A stretch of 49,764 nt of DNA from Octopus bimaculoides (taxonomy: Eukaryota): NCBI RefSeq assembly GCF_001194135.2, contig NC_068983.1, forward strand, positions 69,698,450-69,748,213, written 5' to 3'. Every line of letters starts with the position of its first letter. Position 1 is the first letter of the stretch. Below the pieces are notes generated by a model. That model made no database searches. It was given only the letters and a program-made list of their open reading frames with translations, and was not told where the DNA came from. A program made the translations under genes and the position numbers. Of the stretch, positions 38,030 to 49,691 are shown one piece after another.

Positions 38030-38213
38030 CTACCTATCTACCTACCTACCTACCTACCTACCCAGCTCCATGCAGCCACATCTGCCTACCACCTTATTTA
38101 CTAATTTACTTACCTTCATATTCATCTATATAGCTATTTATTGCCATTATTAGAAAAGCATTTCCCTCCCACATTTTCCTATTAATTTCCCTCTAGTTAT
38201 CATTATCTCCCAC

Positions 38214-38304
38214 TCCCCCTCTCTTCTCCTTTCCCTCCTTTCCCCCTCTCTTCTCCTTCCCCTCCTTTCCCCTCTCTTCTCCTTCCCCTCCTTTCCCCCT
38301 CTCT
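38214..38304. repeat. 26-27-bp polypyrimidine minisatellite, about 3.4 copies
   Basis: Units tccccctctcttctcctt(t/c)ccctcctt start at 38214, 38241 and 38268. Confidence 0.9.
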
Positions 38305-39879
38305 TTGGGCTTTTTGCCTTTCTATATCTCCAAACATCTCTCCAAACCTTATCCATTCACTCCCTATCCTTTCTCTTGTCTGTCTCCCACCACGTCTCTC
38401 TCCGTACCATTCTCAGATTCCTACATGTACATTTTGTTAAATATTCATTTATGTAAATTTATACAGCTCACTCTTTCCGCTCATCTCTCTCTCTCTCCCT
38501 CTGTCTCTCCCTCTCCCTCTCTCTCTCTGTCACTATCTCCCACTTTTAATCTTTCTTCAAATTCCTTCATTTCAAAACACTTCTCCCCACCACCCTTTGC
38601 CTTTGTCATTCTTTAAATTGTATACAAGTTCTCACACTTTCTGTCAAACGACTGTGAATGTTTAATAACTGAAAATTCTTTCTCTCTTTCCCATTCACGC
38701 ATGCGTCTTAATAATCCCATACAATTACGCGTAGCATATACGTACATGAATATACGTACACGAATCCTCGTAAACTCGTTTGTAGTATACATTTGTATGT
38801 GGCCTAACACACACTCACACATGCCACGCATAGTGTGTGTGTTGGTGTGTGTGTGTTGCTGACTTATGTGTGGTTTCTAAAGTAGCTAGATTTTTAACTA
38901 GTACGTTGTGCTAATGTGAGTGTGTATGCGTGATTGTTATCTCATGCTCAGACAAATTGCTGAAAACAGGAAGAAGAGGAAATATATATCAGATCATAAG
39001 CAAAAGATAAACAACAACGAAAACATACCCGACAAAAAAGGACGAGGAAACACGCAGACACACACACACACACACACACANNNNNNNNNNNNNNNNNNNN
39101 NNNNNNNNNNNNNNNNNNNNNNNNNNNNNNNNNNNNNNNNNNNNNNNNNNNNNNNNNNNNNNNNNNNNNNNNNNNNNNNNNNNNNNNNNNNNNNNNNNNN
39201 NNNNNNNNNNNNNNNNNNNNNNNNNNNNNNNNNNNNNNNNNNNNNNNNNNNNNNNNNNNNNNNNNNNNNNNNNNNNNNNNNNNNNNNNNNNNNNNNNNNN
39301 NNNNNNNNNNNNNNNNNNNNNNNNNNNNNNNNNNNNNNNNNNNNNNNNNNNNNNNNNNNNNNNNNNNNNNNNNNNNNNNNNNNNNNNNNNNNNNNNNNNN
39401 NNNNNNNNNNNNNNNNNNNNNNNNNNNNNNNNNNNNNNNNNNNNNNNNNNNNNNNNNNNNNNNNNNNNNNNNNNNNNNNNNNNNNNNNNNNNNNNNNNNN
39501 NNNNNNNNNNNNNNNNNNNNNNNNNNNNNNNNNNNNNNNNNNNNNNNNNNNNNNNNNNNNNNNNNNNNNNNNNNNNNNNNNNNNNNNNNNNNNNNNNNNN
39601 NNNNNNNNNNNNNNNNNNNNNNNNNNNNNNNNNNNNNNNNNNNNNNNNNNNNNNNNNNNNNNNNNNNNNNNNNNNNNNNNNNNNNNNNNNNNNNNNNNNN
39701 NNNNNNNNNNNNNNNNNNNNNNNNNNNNNNNNNNNNNNNNNNNNNNNNNNNNNNNNNNNNNNNNNNNNNNNNNNNNNNNNNNNNNNNNNNNNNNNNNNNN
39801 NNNNNNNNNNNNNNNNNNNNNNNNNNNNNNNNNNNNNNNNNNNNNNNNNNNNNNNNNNNNNNNNNNNNNNNNNNNNNNN

Positions 39880-40080
39880 ACCCCCTACGCTCACCCCCCA
39901 CGCTCACCCCCCACCGCTTGACAACCGGGGGTGGTTTGTTTATGTACTCTTTACTTAGTGGTCCTGCCAAAGAGACCTATACAAAAAGTTTAGAAAAAAA
40001 TATGTACAGGAAGCGATTTTGAATGCGGTGCTCCAGCATGACTGCAGTTTAGTGACTGAAACGAGAAAAAAATAAAATAT
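39880..40080 (+). mobile_element. Diverged SINE 3' half
   Basis: ccaccgcttgacaaccgg...gcggtgctccagcatgactgcag..tgactgaaac. Confidence 0.75.
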
Positions 40081-40874
40081 ATATATATACACACACAATC
40101 GTATATGCATAATACACATCATATACGTGCTGGTGTTACATATGGTTTGGATATAATATAATATATAAGACGTTATTAAAAGCTTTGCACCTACAACTCT
40201 TAGCGTCTAACACACACGCAAATATGTGTGTATGCACACATAACGTGTGGATTTGTGTACTTAAGATTTCAACATAGGAAAAAAATATATGAATGAATAA
40301 ATAAATAAATAAATGAAAGTTCATTCCGATTTATTTATTTAGTTATTTGAAAAAACAAAAACAAAAAAAAACAGGAAGAAATTAAAAGAAAATATCGAAT
40401 TCAACGATAGAGCAGTAAAGGCGTTAAATGAACAGCACGTACGATGGAAATATTAGTATTTAAAGAACTGGATGTGTCTGTGCAAGCAGTATTTGTTTTG
40501 CATCTGTTGAGCGCACAGGAGAGAGAGGTGAAGAGCGAGACATTTAAGTAACATGCCTCCTACTCATGCTGACTGACCGGTTACCAAATACGCTTTTTCT
40601 CTTCTTTCTCCCCTCTTATCGTCTTCTTTTTGCCTCTCCCATCTTTTTGCATAGTAAATTATATATATATATATATATATATACATATATATTTATTTAT
40701 TTAATGTGTGTGTATATGTATGTGTGTATGTATACACACGAAATTTTACTAACACATACACAGTTGGATTTCCTTTGGACAAAAACATTTTTAAATATTA
40801 CGACCTAGACCTGGATTGTATATGCTGAAGTTGGCTGGACCGGACTGAAATAGGTAAGCAGTCGCTCCGCACTC

Positions 40875-40877
<3 letters not shown>

Positions 40878-40907
<30 letters not shown>

Positions 40908-40908
40908 C

Positions 40909-40953
<45 letters not shown>
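40878..40953. repeat. (GTCT)n-(ATCT)n microsatellite
   Basis: Directly visible. Confidence 0.95.
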
Positions 40954-40969
40954 CCGATCGATCGATTTA

Positions 40970-41182
40970 CAGGCTGTCCACAAAGTCTGGGTACATCGAG
41001 ATTAAAAACATACTTTAAGAAATTTTTATTTCTTACATTTATTTGTTTATGTTATGATTTTATTTACTCCATGTACCCACATGGAGATTAACACATACTT
41101 TAAGAAATTATTATTTCTCATATTTAATTGTTTATGTTACGATTTTATTTACTCCCTGTACCCAGACTTTGTGGACACCCTG
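40970..41182. mobile_element. 213-bp Tc1/mariner MITE with an internal 85-86-bp tandem duplication
   Basis: 26-bp TIR caggctgtccacaaagtctgggtaca / tgtacccagactttgtggacaccctg (1 mismatch) with TA on both sides. Confidence 0.93.
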
Positions 41183-41736
41183 TATATCATATGTGAGTGC
41201 GTATTTACCCGTATTTACCCCTTTTGTTTGTTTAGTCGCTACAATCAAAGCCATGCTGGAGTACCGTCTTCAAATGCGTGTGCACTTGCGTATTTACGTA
41301 TTTAGGCATATACGAGTGTGTAACGAATATATGTGCAGACGCATGCACATGCGTGTGGTTAAGACGTTTGATTCTTAACCATGATAATCTAAGTACAATT
41401 CCAGTATTTGGCGGTTAGGGTAATTACCTCATATCTCACTTTTGGGTCAGTCGCAGACTCAAAAAATGAGATTTATTCGGCGGGAAAATGGGTTGAAGTT
41501 TCTCAATGCACCTGCATTTCGAAAGGCGAACCTTGTCTTCCGATTTGACAAACTGTTTCTATTTAAGGATCACATTCAGGATACAAATGTCTATCGAAAC
41601 CTCAACCATTGAATGTAGTTGTTCATTTGATCGAACCGTTGTAATGCTCATCATCGATACCGATGAAGATCCATGTTTATGAGCGAATATGTCAATATGT
41701 GTATGTATCTCTCTCTTTCTCCCTCTTCCCTCTTTC

Positions 41737-41787
<51 letters not shown>

Positions 41788-41929
41788 TACACACACACAA
41801 ACACAAACTTATATAAACATGTACATTCACACGGGTGAACAGTTGTAAACATACAGACATGTATATAATAATCACATGCATGTGTTTATATCTGTAACTG
41901 TGTGAGTGTATATATATATGTATATATAT

Positions 41930-42908
41930 NNNNNNNNNNNNNNNNNNNNNNNNNNNNNNNNNNNNNNNNNNNNNNNNNNNNNNNNNNNNNNNNNNNNNNN
42001 NNNNNNNNNNNNNNNNNNNNNNNNNNNNNNNNNNNNNNNNNNNNNNNNNNNNNNNNNNNNNNNNNNNNNNNNNNNNNNNNNNNNNNNNNNNNNNNNNNNN
42101 NNNNNNNNNNNNNNNNNNNNNNNNNNNNNNNNNNNNNNNNNNNNNNNNNNNNNNNNNNNNNNNNNNNNNNNNNNNNNNNNNNNNNNNNNNNNNNNNNNNN
42201 NNNNNNNNNNNNNNNNNNNNNNNNNNNNNNNNNNNNNNNNNNNNNNNNNNNNNNNNNNNNNNNNNNNNNNNNNNNNNNNNNNNNNNNNNNNNNNNNNNNN
42301 NNNNNNNNNNNNNNNNNNNNNNNNNNNNNNNNNNNNNNNNNNNNNNNNNNNNNNNNNNNNNNNNNNNNNNNNNNNNNNNNNNNNNNNNNNNNNNNNNNNN
42401 NNNNNNNNNNNNNNNNNNNNNNNNNNNNNNNNNNNNNNNNNNNNNNNNNNNNNNNNNNNNNNNNNNNNNNNNNNNNNNNNNNNNNNNNNNNNNNNNNNNN
42501 NNNNNNNNNNNNNNNNNNNNNNNNNNNNNNNNNNNNNNNNNNNNNNNNNNNNNNNNNNNNNNNNNNNNNNNNNNNNNNNNNNNNNNNNNNNNNNNNNNNN
42601 NNNNNNNNNNNNNNNNNNNNNNNNNNNNNNNNNNNNNNNNNNNNNNNNNNNNNNNNNNNNNNNNNNNNNNNNNNNNNNNNNNNNNNNNNNNNNNNNNNNN
42701 NNNNNNNNNNNNNNNNNNNNNNNNNNNNNNNNNNNNNNNNNNNNNNNNNNNNNNNNNNNNNNNNNNNNNNNNNNNNNNNNNNNNNNNNNNNNNNNNNNNN
42801 NNNNNNNNNNNNNNNNNNNNNNNNNNNNNNNNNNNNNNNNNNNNNNNNNNNNNNNNNNNNNNNNNNNNNNNNNNNNNNNNNNNNNNNNNNNNNNNNNNNN
42901 NNNNNNNN
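41930..42908. other. Largest of 15 assembly gaps (others: 416-989, 1965-2703, 8208-8274, 14703-14736, 17455-17610, 22082-22471, 27727-27978, 29456-30006, 37443-37761, 39081-39879, 43610-44538, 45169-45178, 45840-46371, 47640-47845)
   Basis: N runs, nearly all bounded by microsatellites or SINEs. Confidence 0.99.
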
Positions 42909-42950
<42 letters not shown>

Positions 42951-43436
42951 ACTCTTCCTCTTTTTTAACCTTCCCTCATTGGTTCTGTTTATGTCGGTGG
43001 TTCCTAAACACGTAAATAACTCTTTGTACATGTTGCTGTTTACTCCCAGATCAGCTCCAACCAAGCAGGTTTATGATGAAAGACATTCCACAAATCACTA
43101 CCTAACCTTTTGGAGTAACTAAGACTACACTACATAATGGATATTTCGACGGCAGTATGTAGTTTGAGGGAAATTTCGTAGCTGTTTCTGCTAAATCGAG
43201 CGACAAGGAAGAGGCTCGCTTGCATATTTATTGCAACTGGTGTTTATAAGGGAGTACACTGTGTTTGTTGAGGATACTGTTGTATGATGCGCCGGTGCGG
43301 GTCTGTAACCGTAGACTAATAAATGCGTTTTACATTTGCTTTACTTTTTTTTAACTTCAAAACTACTGTATACAAAAGACAGAAAACATACCTAGGTATT
43401 GCACACATACATCTAAATGCATATATTTTCACACAC

Positions 43437-43609
43437 GGCTGTGTGGTAAGTAGCTTGCTTACCAGCCACATGGTTCCGGCTTCAGTCCCACTGCGTGGCA
43501 CCTTGGGCAAGTGTCTTCTACTATAGCCTCGGGCCAACCAAAGCCTTGTGCGTGGATTTTGTAGACGGAAACTGAAAGAAGCCCGTGGTATATATGTTTA
43601 TATATATAT
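43437..43609 (+). mobile_element. tRNA-derived SINE 5' part (tail runs into (TA)n and the gap)
   Basis: ggctgtgtggtaagtagcttgc...ggcttcagtcccactgcgtggcaccttgggcaagtgtcttctac...gtagacggaaactgaaagaagcccgt. Confidence 0.9.
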
Positions 43610-44538
43610 NNNNNNNNNNNNNNNNNNNNNNNNNNNNNNNNNNNNNNNNNNNNNNNNNNNNNNNNNNNNNNNNNNNNNNNNNNNNNNNNNNNNNNNNNNN
43701 NNNNNNNNNNNNNNNNNNNNNNNNNNNNNNNNNNNNNNNNNNNNNNNNNNNNNNNNNNNNNNNNNNNNNNNNNNNNNNNNNNNNNNNNNNNNNNNNNNNN
43801 NNNNNNNNNNNNNNNNNNNNNNNNNNNNNNNNNNNNNNNNNNNNNNNNNNNNNNNNNNNNNNNNNNNNNNNNNNNNNNNNNNNNNNNNNNNNNNNNNNNN
43901 NNNNNNNNNNNNNNNNNNNNNNNNNNNNNNNNNNNNNNNNNNNNNNNNNNNNNNNNNNNNNNNNNNNNNNNNNNNNNNNNNNNNNNNNNNNNNNNNNNNN
44001 NNNNNNNNNNNNNNNNNNNNNNNNNNNNNNNNNNNNNNNNNNNNNNNNNNNNNNNNNNNNNNNNNNNNNNNNNNNNNNNNNNNNNNNNNNNNNNNNNNNN
44101 NNNNNNNNNNNNNNNNNNNNNNNNNNNNNNNNNNNNNNNNNNNNNNNNNNNNNNNNNNNNNNNNNNNNNNNNNNNNNNNNNNNNNNNNNNNNNNNNNNNN
44201 NNNNNNNNNNNNNNNNNNNNNNNNNNNNNNNNNNNNNNNNNNNNNNNNNNNNNNNNNNNNNNNNNNNNNNNNNNNNNNNNNNNNNNNNNNNNNNNNNNNN
44301 NNNNNNNNNNNNNNNNNNNNNNNNNNNNNNNNNNNNNNNNNNNNNNNNNNNNNNNNNNNNNNNNNNNNNNNNNNNNNNNNNNNNNNNNNNNNNNNNNNNN
44401 NNNNNNNNNNNNNNNNNNNNNNNNNNNNNNNNNNNNNNNNNNNNNNNNNNNNNNNNNNNNNNNNNNNNNNNNNNNNNNNNNNNNNNNNNNNNNNNNNNNN
44501 NNNNNNNNNNNNNNNNNNNNNNNNNNNNNNNNNNNNNN

Positions 44539-44818
44539 CCTAAAGCTCTCCGAGTCTCCGGCAGGGGATGGTGGCGAACCCTGCTGTACTCTTCCACCAC
44601 AACTTTCTCTCACTCTTTCTTCCTGTTTCTGTTGTGCCTGTAATTCAAAGGGTCAGCCTTGTCGCACTGTGTCACACTGAATATCCCCGAGAACTACGTT
44701 AAGGGTACATGTGTCTGTGGAGTGCTCAGCCACTTGCACGTTAATTTCACGAGCAGGCTGTTCCGTTGATCGGATCAACTGGAACCCTTGACGTCGTAAG
44801 CGACGGAGTGCCAACAAC
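44539..44818 (+). mobile_element. tRNA(Arg)-like SINE, 3' part (head in the gap)
   Basis: Same family as 31144; ends gacggagtgccaacaac, followed by tatattgaggatt. Confidence 0.92.
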
Positions 44819-45532
44819 ATATATTGAGGATTAGGCTGGTGTCGAAATTACAAAAATCCTTCAGATGGATTGCAACTGTAAATCAAAGATGCAGTTTTGT
44901 CACATACTTTCTCGCTGATTTTGCCAGAGGGTTTCATTAAGGGCACAACATATCTGCGGAATTTCAATGAGCATGTGATTAGCGTAATCAAACAATGGAA
45001 TACTCGTCGTCGAAACTGGTGAAAATCCATAAACTACTACCTATACGTGTGTACGCGCGCGCGCATCTTTGTGTGTGCATGTGTGCGTACGCCTGTCTGT
45101 CTGTCTGTCTGTCCGTCTATCAATCAATCAATCAATCAATCAATCAGTCTATCTATCTATCTATCTATNNNNNNNNNNGTAATACACGCTTACACACACA
45201 AACGCAAGCATGCGCATGAAATTCCACATACATATATACATCCACACATATACACATACTTATGTACAACATACATGCAATCATACATACAAATATACAT
45301 ACTTACTAAGATAGAAACATACATACATACATACACATGCGTACATAAGAACATACTTACATGTGCATACACATGGATACACACATACTTACAAACATAC
45401 AAACAAATAATCATGTAAACACATACATACAATACGTACATACATATAAATTTTGTGATAGTTCGTAACCAAAAAGGGAAGACAATCCTCATTCCATGAT
45501 AAACGTTTGTATAGTTATTTATATTGAGGATT

Positions 45533-45839
45533 GTGGAGGCGCAATGGCCCAGTGGTTAGGGCAGCAGACTCACGGTCATAGGATCGCGGTTTCGATTCCC
45601 AGACCAGGTGTGAGTGTTTATTGAGCGAAAACACCTAAAGCTCTCCGAGTCTCCGGCAGGGGATGGTGGCGAACCCTGCTGTACTCTTCCACCACAACTT
45701 TCTCTCACTCTTTCTTCCTGTTTCTGTTGTGCCTGTAATTCAAAGGGTCAGCCTTGTCGCACTGTGTCACACTGAATATCCCCGAGAACTACGTTAAGGG
45801 TACATGTGTCTGTGGAGTGCTCAGCCACTTGCACGTTAA
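45533..45839 (+). mobile_element. tRNA(Arg)-like SINE, 5' part (tail in the gap)
   Basis: The head gtggaggcgcaatggcccagtgg is preceded by tatattgaggatt. 45634-45839 is identical to 44539-44744. Confidence 0.92.
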
Positions 45840-46844
45840 NNNNNNNNNNNNNNNNNNNNNNNNNNNNNNNNNNNNNNNNNNNNNNNNNNNNNNNNNNNNN
45901 NNNNNNNNNNNNNNNNNNNNNNNNNNNNNNNNNNNNNNNNNNNNNNNNNNNNNNNNNNNNNNNNNNNNNNNNNNNNNNNNNNNNNNNNNNNNNNNNNNNN
46001 NNNNNNNNNNNNNNNNNNNNNNNNNNNNNNNNNNNNNNNNNNNNNNNNNNNNNNNNNNNNNNNNNNNNNNNNNNNNNNNNNNNNNNNNNNNNNNNNNNNN
46101 NNNNNNNNNNNNNNNNNNNNNNNNNNNNNNNNNNNNNNNNNNNNNNNNNNNNNNNNNNNNNNNNNNNNNNNNNNNNNNNNNNNNNNNNNNNNNNNNNNNN
46201 NNNNNNNNNNNNNNNNNNNNNNNNNNNNNNNNNNNNNNNNNNNNNNNNNNNNNNNNNNNNNNNNNNNNNNNNNNNNNNNNNNNNNNNNNNNNNNNNNNNN
46301 NNNNNNNNNNNNNNNNNNNNNNNNNNNNNNNNNNNNNNNNNNNNNNNNNNNNNNNNNNNNNNNNNNNNNNNNTATGTTTATGTACGGAAGTCTTTTTACT
46401 CTGTGTACTTGTGTGTGTATACACTCACATAAACACATGCGCACGCATACGTCCCCATAAATATGTATATGTATATATTTGCATAATCATATATGTATTT
46501 GCACATGTCTCCCATCAGGCTACACATTTGCCCCGTCTTCTCGCCACCTACAACTTGTGTGCTCCAAGGTATGTTTAGATATGTGCAATAAAGACTTACT
46601 TGTCGTCATTTAAAACGACGCACCTTTCAATGTAGTGTAAACCCTCATCGCCCTTGCTTAAACTTCCGCACATAGGCGCCAAACATGCTTCCTAGACACA
46701 TCATACTAGAGCATGTGCAAGCACGTAAACATCCTTTAATGAAATATCAGCTTCGCCATTGATAGATCAAAAAAGACATTCACTGCACTTGCCTAGGTAA
46801 CTGACCTCCTTTATTCACGACTAAAAAAGACTGTAACCACCAAA

Positions 46845-47112
46845 AATCTTTTCTTTCTTCTTTGCGCCCTTTTAAAGCCTAGCCAGACTCATAGGCCCGG
46901 TTCCCCGGTTTCCAGGTTTCAATGGCGTATGTGTTCCCCAGCTGGACGGGACGCCAGTCCATCGCAGCGTTACTCATTTTTGCCAGCTGAGTGAACTGGA
47001 GCAACGTGAAATGAAGTGTTTTGCTTCAGAACACAACGCATCGCCCGGTCCAGGAATCGAAGCCACAATCTTACAATCTGACACCCTAACCACTAAGCCA
47101 ACGCGCCTCCAC
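46845..47112 (-). mobile_element. Full-length tRNA-derived SINE with perfect 12-bp TSD
   Basis: Head gtggaggcgcgttggcttagtgg and an AAG-rich tail. The TSD gtaaccaccaaa is at 46833-46844 and 47113-47124. Confidence 0.92.
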
Positions 47113-47242
47113 GTAACCACCAAAGTGGTTTACAAATGCTTGATTTCAAAACTTTCGAGTATCTCTTGTAGACACCTCATTAATGAAACATCGTTAGAAC
47201 CTCTTCCCCCAAATTTGTCTATCACTTCAAAATATACTTGAG

Positions 47243-47416
47243 TCATAATTGGATTGGGACATTAGTCGGTATAACTGGTATGCGAGGAATGAAGACGGTC
47301 TCACCTTTACCACAACCAGAAAGAATATATGCCTCAATGCAGTCCCTCATAATTTTGTGCGCAATTAGTGTTGTACCATTGCATGATTTTTGTTGAGACA
47401 AATTAGGCAATTGCAT
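47243..47416 (-). pseudogene. Helitron Pif1-family helicase C-terminal fragment
   Basis: MQLPNLSQQKSCNGTTLIAHKIMRDCIEAYILSGCGKGETVFIPRIPVIPTNVPIQL matches the Helitron helicase pattern MLLRNL..PKLCNGTRL....L...IEA.IL.G..KGE.VFIPRIP.IP...P. Confidence 0.93.
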
Positions 47417-47972
47417 AATAACTTCCCTTGAACCAGGTACTTTCATTTTGCCGGAGAAAGAAAGAGAAAGAATTTCGATTTTACATATATATATAGAAAT
47501 AGCATAATAGCTTCCCCTGAACCATTTACTTTCATTTTGATGATGGACAAAAAAAAAAACAGCAGAAAGAATCTCTCGTTTTTAGATATAGATAGAAGAT
47601 ATAATATGTAAGATATATATATATTTATATATATCTATCNNNNNNNNNNNNNNNNNNNNNNNNNNNNNNNNNNNNNNNNNNNNNNNNNNNNNNNNNNNNN
47701 NNNNNNNNNNNNNNNNNNNNNNNNNNNNNNNNNNNNNNNNNNNNNNNNNNNNNNNNNNNNNNNNNNNNNNNNNNNNNNNNNNNNNNNNNNNNNNNNNNNN
47801 NNNNNNNNNNNNNNNNNNNNNNNNNNNNNNNNNNNNNNNNNNNNNTATATATATATATACGCATATATTTATATATAATAATATTAGGGATAAAAATGCA
47901 AATTTACAGGTAAAAGCTCAATTAAATTCAACTTATTAAAAATTAAAATTAAATTAAGTTTCACAGTATATA

Positions 47973-48129
47973 ATATATAAATATATAGTTTTAGAGAAAA
48001 GAACCAAAGTTCATAAACTAATCCATGAAAAGTGCTTTTACTTATTAATTTTTCTATATGTGACTGTGGATTTTCATGGATTACTTCATGAACTTTGGTT
48101 CTTTTCTCTAAAACTATATATTTATATAT
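47973..48129. repeat. Inverted repeat with 59-bp arms and a 39-nt spacer
   Basis: 47973-48031 against the reverse complement of 48071-48129 shows 2 mismatches. Confidence 0.95.
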
Positions 48130-49637
48130 AGTTTTTATTCTATTTCCTACTCAGGAAATCTCTTGCTGGGATTTATGTCTCTGGTATATTTCTGGCTTAT
48201 GTATTTCATTCAGCATGGTTAATGTAAAAAAGAAAAAGACTTCCAGCTGATCAAGCGTACCATCCAGTTTCGATATCCGGTCGTATTTGCAGCAAGTTTG
48301 TATATGCTGCGTTGCTAGTGTATTTGAACAAAATGGCGTAAAAGAAAATCACAAGGTTTCGTTTAACCACTCCAGCTTTATATTAAATCTTGTGTTCAAA
48401 GAAGGGACTGTTGAGTGTGGTTGTTTTTATCATAATGTCAGTCTAAATGTATTTCACTCTCAAATGAATTATAAATAAGGATATTCTCATTCTACATTCA
48501 ATTCTGTCCTACAATCGAAAGGGGTTTTGAACCTAATGTTAACTGAAACGTTAAAGTATGAACACAAAAATAGTTATTTCACATATGGCGGAATATGAAG
48601 ATGTACTATTAATTTAAATAGCCTGGTCGACTATTTACTCAAATTTATCTAAAATAACCAAGATATGTTGTTAATATTTGAATATCTTTTCTTGTACTAG
48701 CTATCATACCCAACAATATGAGAAAGAAATTGTTGCTATTCCTATGTTCTTGTTGATCGTATTTCTATTAGATCTTGTTTATTGAGTAATCGAACAAACA
48801 AGAAGGTTGAAAACAGTGGCACCTAATTTCCCAGTGGTGAGACAACTTGAATAAGATGTTTAGAAACCGATGTGTCGTTTGCAGATACATAAAATAGTGT
48901 CAGAAAATTGTAAACAGGACAAAGTCAAATATGTTAATTGATGGAGGACAAAACATATCTAAGGATTTGGCGGGCTTTATAAGATCTCAAATATAATACA
49001 ATATTTACTGTGTACTTAAAAAAGGTTAATGCTTCCATACAGGAAAAACATTACGATAATGTCATCAGCTTTTTAACCGATCAGATTCTGTATATCACTC
49101 GTATCATTTGTATTAGAGTCTAAATATTTTCACATCAGAAATATTGATGTATCGGAACTTTACACGTCCTATTGACTATTTTAAGACACGAATAATGTGG
49201 AAATTTTGAAATAGATTTAACATTAACCTGGATGCTAAATGGTATCATCCCATCACAATACACATCTAAGTACATACCTATGTGCGTGTATATATGCATG
49301 ACTGTATCAATATATATATGAATGTTATCACAGACAGATAAACTCCTGCACACACTTAAACACAAACACACACACACACACTAAGTCTGTTTAATGCAAC
49401 AATCTCACCTCTTCTTTCAAACAAATATAGATATGATATTTGGATATATCGATATAATATAACAGTATATCAATATTGTGTAATGAAAACATTCCACCTA
49501 ATCGATGTAGAATTATTACTTTATCGCAATCTCTCCCAAGAATTTAGTTTGCAGGAACTGTTTTGGCTATTCATAATCCTTACATCAATTCCTGTTAAGA
49601 TCGATTTAGTCTTTTATCGTTTTAGGTAAAGCCATTA

Positions 49638-49690
<53 letters not shown>
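49638..49690. repeat. (ATT)n microsatellite
   Basis: Directly visible. Confidence 0.97.

Positions 49691-49691
<1 letters not shown>

Larger units (their letters stand above)
46706..47592 (-). mobile_element. Non-autonomous Helitron with a duplicated 5' end, helicase remnant and nested SINE
   Basis: Minus strand starts A|TCTATATCTAAAAACG (47592), with a second TCTATATATAT..AAAATCG start about 95 bp inside. It contains a Pif1 fragment. The candidate 3' end is gtgc-tt-gcac...CTAG|T (46706). The termini are less certain than the helicase. Confidence 0.62.

Noticed and set aside
40809-40853. AG...GTAAGC exon-like segment
   Set aside because: All three frames contain a stop and the acceptor is weak.
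303-46578. Long ORFs in the supplied track (200-400 aa, X-rich) and poly-V/L/T/HT/YI/CV ORFs
   Set aside because: They are read-through of N gaps or translations of microsatellites and carry no coding information.
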